From an uncultured bacterium (GTDB taxonomy: Bacteria; Chlamydiota; Chlamydiia; Chlamydiales; SM23-39): DNA of 59,828 nt. Under the pieces are notes generated by a model. It made no database searches. It saw only the letters and a list, made by a program, of their open reading frames with translations, and had not been told where the DNA came from. A program made the position numbers and the translations under genes. Below are positions 53,843 to 59,828 of this stretch, in pieces; position 1 is the first letter of the stretch; the number at the start of each line of letters is the position of its first letter. The stretch is from the NCBI GenBank assembly GCA_964458995.1, contig CAYWKW010000002.1, positions 1 to 59,828 on the forward strand, written 5' to 3'.

Positions 53843-55000
53843 TCAAAAACTTTGCGGAAGAGGCTGATGGGGATTGATTCCTAATAAATATTCTTCGGCT
53901 GGGATACACGAGATTCCTTTCTCTTTGATTCGGTGTTTGCCTCTATAGAGAAAAAGGGGGGTTGCTTCAGGATAGTCTTTACAAAAGGCTTCTAATCCAC
54001 GCAGATCGCCGGGATGAACGGTGGAGCTGTTTTTCACTTCAATGGCGAGAAAGCAATTCGGTCCGCTAACAATGAAATCGACTTCGACTTTTGAGCTGGT
54101 TCTCCAATAGTGGAGTTGATGCATTTCCTTTTGAGCATCCACCCATGCTTTGAGATGTTGGGCGACGAGTCCTTCCAGAGCAGGCCCCTCTTTTTCAGTT
54201 GCCACGTCGTAGAGATTAGAAGGTTTTAAAAAATAGTAGACTCCAGAATCAAAGTAATAAAATTTTGGATGCTGTACTAAAGCTCTTTTTGCCTTCCTAT
54301 GGAAAACTTGAAGCTGAAAAGAGAGCAATAAGTCCTGCAAAATGATTAGATAACTATCAACCGTTTTTCTGGAAATTTGGCATTCCCTCGATATATTTGA
54401 TGTGTTCAATACTTGGGCGTGAGAAAAACTCATTGTTTCTAAAAATCGGGCAAAATCGCCCAAATTTCTCACGATTCCTTCAGCTTGAACTTCCTCTTTT
54501 AGATAAATTCCCACATAAGCTTTTAGGATCTCTTCTGGCATGGATGAATCGAGCACCAGGGGCAACATTCCCAAACGGATGTTTCGGGATAACTGAAAAA
54601 TGGGTTCTATTTCCTCTGCAAAAAAGGGAGGCATATGCCTCAGTAAAGCTCTTCCTCCTAACAGGTTGACTCCCTCTTTTTTTAACTTTCGGGCGCTCGA
54701 ACCCGTTAAAACAAACTGAAACCCCTTTTTCTCCTCGATCATTGCATGGACTACATTGAGAAGTTCAGGGATTTTTTGCACCTCGTCAATGACCACTGTT
54801 TTTTGTTTAGGGTGCTCCTCAAGCGCGGGCTTTAATTTTTCTGGCGCAGCTAAGAAAAAGCGGAATGTTTCGGGGTCTAATAGATTGATCCAGAAGGCAT
54901 CTGGGTAGGCCTCTTTAAGCCAAGTCGATTTACCTGTCCCTCGAGGACCGAAGAGGAAAAAGCTCTGATGATCTGGCGAGGTAAAAAATCTCTTAAACAT
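53843..55000 (-). CDS. AAA-type ATPase with a C-terminal PD-(D/E)xK-like module (AAA_14/DUF4143 architecture)
   Basis: Walker A 'GPRGTGKST', Walker B 'VVIDEVQ' and a C-terminal 'EVDFIV..LAIEVK' nuclease-fold-like motif. It is inserted between pyrC and pyrI. Confidence 0.75.
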   Translation of the reverse strand: MFKRFFTSPDHQSFFLFGPRGTGKSTWLKEAYPDAFWINLLDPETFRFFLAAPEKLKPALEEHPKQKTVVIDEVQKIPELLNVVHAMIEEKKGFQFVLTGSSARKLKKEGVNLLGGRALLRHMPPFFAEEIEPIFQLSRNIRLGMLPLVLDSSMPEEILKAYVGIYLKEEVQAEGIVRNLGDFARFLETMSFSHAQVLNTSNISRECQISRKTVDSYLIILQDLLLSFQLQVFHRKAKRALVQHPKFYYFDSGVYYFLKPSNLYDVATEKEGPALEGLVAQHLKAWVDAQKEMHQLHYWRTSSKVEVDFIVSGPNCFLAIEVKNSSTVHPGDLRGLEAFCKDYPEATPLFLYRGKHRIKEKGISCIPAEEYLLGINPHQPLPQSF

Positions 55001-55017
55001 ATCTGTCCCTCAATATA

Positions 55018-55038
55018 CCAAATTTGGTCCAAATTTGG
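55018..55038. promoter_or_regulatory. Two tandem 10-bp palindromes 'ccaaatttgg-t-ccaaatttgg' upstream of the ATPase gene (candidate operator)
   Basis: Exact duplication of a self-complementary decamer, 18-38 nt upstream of the start at 55000. Confidence 0.35.
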
Positions 55039-55162
55039 CAACCTAAGTAGCAAAAATCACAACATTCTGAATGTAAGTTGCTTGCCGTTCTTGAGCCTGA
55101 AGATTTATCTTGTTGCCTTTCCTGGGCGCTCTCTTGGCCTTTTTCTTCCAACGGGAAAAAGC

Positions 55163-55630
55163 TTAAAGCGGTTTTTCGTGCATTTGGTCGCGGGTGAAGA
55201 GCTTTTCGCAATAGTTGCACCGAAGAATGACATGACTATTGTTCTCCTCCACCATGAATAAGGTGGAAACGCGTTCCGCATTGGTGATGCAGCGGGGGTT
55301 GGCACAGGCAAGGACGGCGGCGACAGCTTCGGGCATTTGCACCTTGAACTTCTTGGCCACGTCGTAATCTTGAATGACATTCACGGTGGCAGTGGGCGAA
55401 AAGATGGCGATTTGCGCCGCTTGCGCCTCGGTGAGGAAGACATTCTCAATCTTGATGATGTCCTTAAGGCCAAGCGATTCACTTTTGAGATTGAGCCCGA
55501 CTGTGACGCGGTTTTCATTGGCGTTGAGACGGAGAACGCGAATGATCTTTAGGGCCTGGCCCGCTTGAATGTGATCGATCACCGTCCCCTCTTTGATGGC
55601 GGAGACGGAAAGGGTCTTCTCCTTCATCAT
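55163..55630 (-). CDS. pyrI: Aspartate carbamoyltransferase regulatory chain
   Basis: C-terminal Zn domain 'CANPRC..(x)..CNYCEK' and N-terminal allosteric domain 'AIKEGTVIDHI'. Confidence 0.9.
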   Translation of the reverse strand: MMKEKTLSVSAIKEGTVIDHIQAGQALKIIRVLRLNANENRVTVGLNLKSESLGLKDIIKIENVFLTEAQAAQIAIFSPTATVNVIQDYDVAKKFKVQMPEAVAAVLACANPRCITNAERVSTLFMVEENNSHVILRCNYCEKLFTRDQMHEKPL

Positions 55631-56556
55631 AGTTTACCTAAAAGGAGGGCTAGTAGGGCCATGCGTACGGGGACGCCGTTGGCCGCCTGCTCAAAATAGT
55701 AGGCAAACGGGGTTGCGTCGATGCTCTCTTCAATCTCGTCGACGCGGGGCAGGGCGTGAAGAATGCGCAGATTGCTCTTCGCCTTGCTCAAGTGTTTTTT
55801 CTTTAACAGACACGTATTGGCGAAGTCGATGTTCGCATCGGGAAAACGCTCTTTCTGAATCCGCGACATATACAAAATATCGACCTTAGAAACCACCTCT
55901 TCAATCTTTGAATGGAAAGAAAACTTGACCCCTTTCTTTTTCAATTCGTGAGTGATGGCTTCGGGAAGGGGGAGATTTTCGGGAGCGACGAAGTACAAAC
56001 GGACTGGATAGTGCGCCAATGCCAAGCTCAGTGAATGGACTGTGCGCCCATATTTTAAATCGCCCACTAAAGCGATGTGCAGATCTTCGATTTTCCCCTG
56101 GCATTCTCGAATGGTGAAGAGGTCGAGCAGCGTCTGTGTCGGGTGTTGGTTGGCGCCATCGCCTGCATTGATGACGGGAATATCGGTTGCATCGGCGGCG
56201 ACTCTGGCAGAGCCCTCCTGTGGATGCCTGATCACCAATATATCGGCATAGCTGCCAATCACCTTCATCGCATCGGACAGACTTTCTCCCTTCTTTGCCG
56301 ACGTAATGCCGCCTTCAGCAAAGCCGATGACCGCGCCGCCCAACCGATGCATGGCCGCTTCAAAGGACAATCTTGTGCGGGTCGATGGCTCAAAAAAGCA
56401 GCTAGCCAAAATGCATCCGTGCAGGATTTCTGATTCCGGACTGTCGATCAATCTTTGTGCAGTGGCGAGGATCAATTCAATTTCCTGTTTCGAAAGGTCG
56501 GAGATGGAGACGAGATCTTGGCCGGCGAGAGGTTTTTTCATGATCACTGATGGCAT
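55627..56556 (-). CDS. pyrB: Aspartate carbamoyltransferase catalytic chain
   Basis: 'FFEPSTRTRLSFE', 'HPTQTLLD', 'HALPR'. Confidence 0.95.
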   Translation of the reverse strand: MPSVIMKKPLAGQDLVSISDLSKQEIELILATAQRLIDSPESEILHGCILASCFFEPSTRTRLSFEAAMHRLGGAVIGFAEGGITSAKKGESLSDAMKVIGSYADILVIRHPQEGSARVAADATDIPVINAGDGANQHPTQTLLDLFTIRECQGKIEDLHIALVGDLKYGRTVHSLSLALAHYPVRLYFVAPENLPLPEAITHELKKKGVKFSFHSKIEEVVSKVDILYMSRIQKERFPDANIDFANTCLLKKKHLSKAKSNLRILHALPRVDEIEESIDATPFAYYFEQAANGVPVRMALLALLLGKL

Positions 56557-56742
56557 AAAAACGCATCATATCTCATTGTCCCATTTTCCGGCTCCACATA
56601 TCGGATGCTACAACGCGAATCCATTTAAAGCGTCATCCCGATAATATTATTGGGATGAAATAATGGCAATATTTTACTGCCAACAAAGTAATTATTAATG
56701 TATAATATATGAAAATTATTAATATAATATAGGATAAGCAAT

Positions 56743-58140
56743 ATGGCATCAACTAGACCACCATCTGCCGCAGGAGTGGCCCCCGCAGCCTCTGTAGTTG
56801 CGACGGTTAACGGAAAATCAGCTCCTGAATATTTACAAGAAATATGTTCATGCATTGAAATTCTTGTCCAACTTTCTAAGAAACAAGAAGGTGAATATCG
56901 ATTCGCTGTTTGGGATCGGACTGTTTGCCGTTTGGATGCAGTTAGAAAAGTGATTCCTGAATTTGTTGATCAAGCAACTGCAGCTCGACGCACAAAACAA
57001 GAGGCGGAAGAATATTTTGATGCTTGCTTGAATCCAGCAGAGGTAAAGGTTAAAAGTCAAAGACCAGTAAATGGACAATATTGGGCCAGGCTGGATCAAT
57101 ATAATTTTGATCTTGGAAATATAATATCTAATAAGATGTCCGCCGAAAAATCTAAACAATATCGTACTGATCTTTCTAAAAGGTTAGCAGATATCAAACA
57201 TGTTCTTGCTAAAAGGCAAGCTGATGGTGAATTAGATGAATTGGAAATCCAACTCCGTGATAAAAAGTATGAATCGATCGGACGAAAACTTCAGATTCTT
57301 TCTGTGGATGATTTTTATGATGAGCTTTGTAGTCTGAGTGGCCAGTTGGCTGAAATAGAACTGGACGCGCAGAATGTTGATGGTGTGGATCAAAATATCA
57401 CGATCATTATGACTAGAGTTCAACAGATTGAAGAGACAGTCAGAAAGCTCCCAAAGAAACCAGAAAGTGATGCAGATTTTAATGGAATGACTACTGAGAA
57501 AGCTGAAAAATTAATAACTACTATTGCGGAAATTCGAAAAGAGGCTGCAGAGCTAGAACGCCAACTTGAAGAAATGCCTGCATACAGAGGAACTTCTGCC
57601 TTTACAATAAGATCAGTTACAAAACAAATACAAAACGTAATCGTCATTCTGGAAAACTTAAATTTAGTTTTAGCAAATCGCTATTTAAAAGCCAATAATC
57701 CACAACGATTCGCCGAGCTCCAAGATAATTTCGTGCAATGTAAACGTCGATTGGAACAGATCAACTGCAATATCACTGGTGTACTTCAGGATGATTTCGA
57801 CAGGCTGGAAGCTTTGAATAGTTCTGCGCAACTGAAAGCCAAAATCCAAAAGAAGATTGACCAACAGGCTACATGGATCCGAGCATGTGGACACGATGTT
57901 GCAGAATTAGCGACACAAATGCAAAAACATGGAGTCACGGCAGCAGCAAAGCTTCGAACTTGTGGACACAATGCAAAAGAATTATGGATGCAAGTGAGAG
58001 CAGATGGAGTCACGGCAACTGCTAGGAGAGCTTATACTGCTGCCCAAACTAAATTAGCGCCGTTAGCTCCCTATGCTGGCTATGCAAAAGGAACGGCCTT
58101 GGTTGGCGCTGGAATAGTACTAGCCAGAATGTTCCCTTAA
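56743..58140 (+). CDS. Orphan coiled-coil protein with a C-terminal tandem repeat and hydrophobic tail; effector- or Inc-like
   Basis: 465 aa, with an AT-rich gene and leader. The protein is long, charged and helical. The repeat reads 'ACGHDVAELATQMQKHGVTAAAKLR / TCGHNAKELWMQVRADGVTATARRA'. The tail is 'GTALVGAGIVLARMF'. Confidence 0.6.
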   Translation: MASTRPPSAAGVAPAASVVATVNGKSAPEYLQEICSCIEILVQLSKKQEGEYRFAVWDRTVCRLDAVRKVIPEFVDQATAARRTKQEAEEYFDACLNPAEVKVKSQRPVNGQYWARLDQYNFDLGNIISNKMSAEKSKQYRTDLSKRLADIKHVLAKRQADGELDELEIQLRDKKYESIGRKLQILSVDDFYDELCSLSGQLAEIELDAQNVDGVDQNITIIMTRVQQIEETVRKLPKKPESDADFNGMTTEKAEKLITTIAEIRKEAAELERQLEEMPAYRGTSAFTIRSVTKQIQNVIVILENLNLVLANRYLKANNPQRFAELQDNFVQCKRRLEQINCNITGVLQDDFDRLEALNSSAQLKAKIQKKIDQQATWIRACGHDVAELATQMQKHGVTAAAKLRTCGHNAKELWMQVRADGVTATARRAYTAAQTKLAPLAPYAGYAKGTALVGAGIVLARMFP

Positions 58141-59148
58141 CTTCTGAACGGCTGCCGTCAATACTTCTTCTGGTCCAATTCGTTGGAAACAGAAGGGGAG
58201 GCGGCATTTCCTTTTTAAACACGGATCACATGAGGCCCGCCTGGAAATGGCAAGGGCCTCTTTCGCTTTATGGGGCCCGCAGAGGGCTGGATCGGTCGAG
58301 CTGTAAATAGCTATGACGGGCCGATTGAGGGCGCAGGCAAGATGAACCGGTCCCGTGTCATTCGAAATCAGTAAATCCATTTGATTGAGAAGAGCCGCAA
58401 ATTGACGGATGGGTCGATTGGGGTCGTCTAGGTGCGCGTTCGGGATTTGTGCGGCGATCTGCTGCATGAGAGGAAACTCTTCAGCAGTGCCCGTAATGAG
58501 GATTTCACAGGGAAGGGCAGCCTTGAGAAGCTTGCCGAGGGCCGCAAAGTAGGGCCACCGTTTGAAGGCGTCTTTGGAGCCGGGATGGAGGGCAATCCAG
58601 GGGCCCGGGGGGCGAGGAGGGAGGGTTTCGTCGAGGGCAAGGGAGAGGGTTTCGGTGGTGGTTTTGGCGCCGATGGTTTCAATGATCTTGCAGCGGCGGA
58701 CAATCTCGTGTTGGGCGTGGTTGGGAAGGGGATGCGTGAGGAGCGAGTCGAGCCCTTTGTTGATGCCGGCAGTGCCGATGATCTGTTTGGCGCCGAGAAG
58801 GGCGCAGAGGGGCAGAGTGAGGCGCTGCGAGGCGTGGAGGAGAAAGATGGTGTCAAAGGCTTCGTTATAGAGCGTTTTGCGAAGGCGAAAGAAGGAGCCG
58901 AGAAGGTGAATCTTGTTGACGTGAGGATTGTTTTTGAAGATTTGTAGGCCGATGGGGCGCGTGAGAAGGGCGATGTAGGCGTTGGGGAAAGAGCGGCGGA
59001 GGTTTTCAATGGCGGGAGTGGCCCAGAGGGTGTCGCCGAGCGCGGTGGTGGCGACGACGAGGAACCGGTTGCGGACGGGGTGGTTGCGGATGAAGGGGCG
59101 GACGAGTTTCAGAAGCGTTTTAAGGAGAAAATTCTTCATACATTTCAC
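58120..59148 (-). CDS. Family 9 glycosyltransferase (LPS heptosyltransferase-like)
   Basis: 'FLVVATTALGDTLWATPAIENLR' and 'LISNDTGPVHLACAL' are GT9 signatures. Confidence 0.85.
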   Translation of the reverse strand: MKCMKNFLLKTLLKLVRPFIRNHPVRNRFLVVATTALGDTLWATPAIENLRRSFPNAYIALLTRPIGLQIFKNNPHVNKIHLLGSFFRLRKTLYNEAFDTIFLLHASQRLTLPLCALLGAKQIIGTAGINKGLDSLLTHPLPNHAQHEIVRRCKIIETIGAKTTTETLSLALDETLPPRPPGPWIALHPGSKDAFKRWPYFAALGKLLKAALPCEILITGTAEEFPLMQQIAAQIPNAHLDDPNRPIRQFAALLNQMDLLISNDTGPVHLACALNRPVIAIYSSTDPALCGPHKAKEALAISRRASCDPCLKRKCRLPFCFQRIGPEEVLTAAVQKLREHSG

Positions 59149-59828
59149 ATAGAGAGCGGACGGGGATGTTGTTGATGTCGAGTTCGGAGAGGCAATGAAG
59201 GAAGATTTGCGCTAGCTGCAGGTTGGTGATGAGGGGAATGTGGTGGTCGATGGCGAGGCGGCGGATCTTAAAGCCGGCGCTGTTTTTTTCAGTGCCTCCA
59301 CGGGGAATGTTGATGATGAGATCGACTTTGCGCTGGGCGAGAATAGTGGAGATGTTGGGTTCGTACTTTTCACCGACTTTGTAGAGCGAAACAGAGCCTA
59401 CGCCATGTTTGGATAGGAAATCGTGGGTCCCTTCCGTTGCATAGAGATCCCATCCTTGGGTTTCCAGCTGCCGAAGCGATTCGAGGAGTTTGAACCGGTT
59501 GCCGGCAGGGGCGCTGATGAGGAGTTTTTTACCGCTCACTTTTTGCTCGGTGGAGAGCCACGAGGCAAAAAAGGCTTCGAGGTAGTTTTCGCCAATGTGG
59601 GCCACTTCGCCGGTGGAGGCCATTTCAACGTTGGCAACGGGGTCGGCGCCTTTGAGCCGCTTGTAGGAAAACTGGGGCGTTTTGACTCCGACATAGTCGA
59701 GTTCAAGGGTCTCATATTCGCGCGGTTTGTATTTGTTGAGGAGGATCTCTGCGGCAATTTCAATGAAGTTATGGCGGGTCACTTTGGAGACGAAGGGGAA
59801 GGAGCGGGAGGCGCGCACATTGCACTCA
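59120..59828 (-). CDS. carB: Carbamoyl-phosphate synthase large subunit, C-terminal part (5' end outside window)
   Basis: The frame is open to the window edge. 'VEMASTGEVA' and the MGS-like allosteric domain 'LYATEGTHDFL..DLIINIP' are present. Confidence 0.9.
   Translation of the reverse strand, partial: ECNVRASRSFPFVSKVTRHNFIEIAAEILLNKYKPREYETLELDYVGVKTPQFSYKRLKGADPVANVEMASTGEVAHIGENYLEAFFASWLSTEQKVSGKKLLISAPAGNRFKLLESLRQLETQGWDLYATEGTHDFLSKHGVGSVSLYKVGEKYEPNISTILAQRKVDLIINIPRGGTEKNSAGFKIRRLAIDHHIPLITNLQLAQIFLHCLSELDINNIPVRSLCEMYEEFSP

Noticed and set aside
58428-59009. 193-aa Ser/Pro-rich ORF and 171-aa plus-strand ORF within the GT9 gene
   Set aside because: These are alternative-frame or antisense shadows. 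The GT9 frame has family signatures.
1-59828. Search for CRISPR arrays, rRNA genes, additional tRNAs and large tandem or inverted repeats
   Set aside because: No regularly spaced direct repeats, no rRNA-like conserved stretches and no further cloverleaf candidates were seen by eye. A computational scan (tRNAscan-SE, Infernal, minced) would be needed to exclude small RNAs.

Overview
This is a chromosomal segment of a Chlamydiae-like bacterium, most likely an environmental chlamydia. Two markers support this. One is a TopA C-terminus fused to a SWIB domain. The other is a type III secretion export-apparatus block (sctJ, a CT560-like gene, sctL, sctR, sctS, sctT) in the same order as C. trachomatis CT559-CT564. 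The core content is ordinary operons: kdpFABC plus an outer-membrane barrel gene, tRNA-Thr(CGU), rmlC-rmlD-rmlB, sufBCDS, aroC-aroK-aroA-aroB, a nearly complete de novo pyrimidine set (pyrB-pyrI, pyrC-pyrD-pyrE-pyrF, carB end), ispD, asnB, an AdoMet decarboxylase, LPS-type glycosyltransferases and a two-gene LigD (ligase plus primase-polymerase). Between these operons lie visibly AT-richer orphan genes that look like secreted or host-directed proteins. The most interesting items follow. (1) Two tandem paralogous genes beside the T3SS block encode Pro-rich proteins ending in a eukaryote-type basic-region/leucine-zipper module, one with an SV40-like PKKKR motif. (2) A Sec-signal, TPR-containing, polymorphic-toxin-like protein is translationally coupled to a protein made of two tandem immunity-like repeats. 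(3) A 21-25 nt perfect palindrome is embedded in frame in three unrelated housekeeping genes. (4) An intact IS607-type element (serine recombinase TnpA plus TnpB) sits next to a decayed phosphatase gene. (5) A 28-bp direct repeat follows two orphan genes downstream of the tRNA. No rRNA and no CRISPR array were seen. All functional calls rest on motifs read by eye, because no database search was possible.
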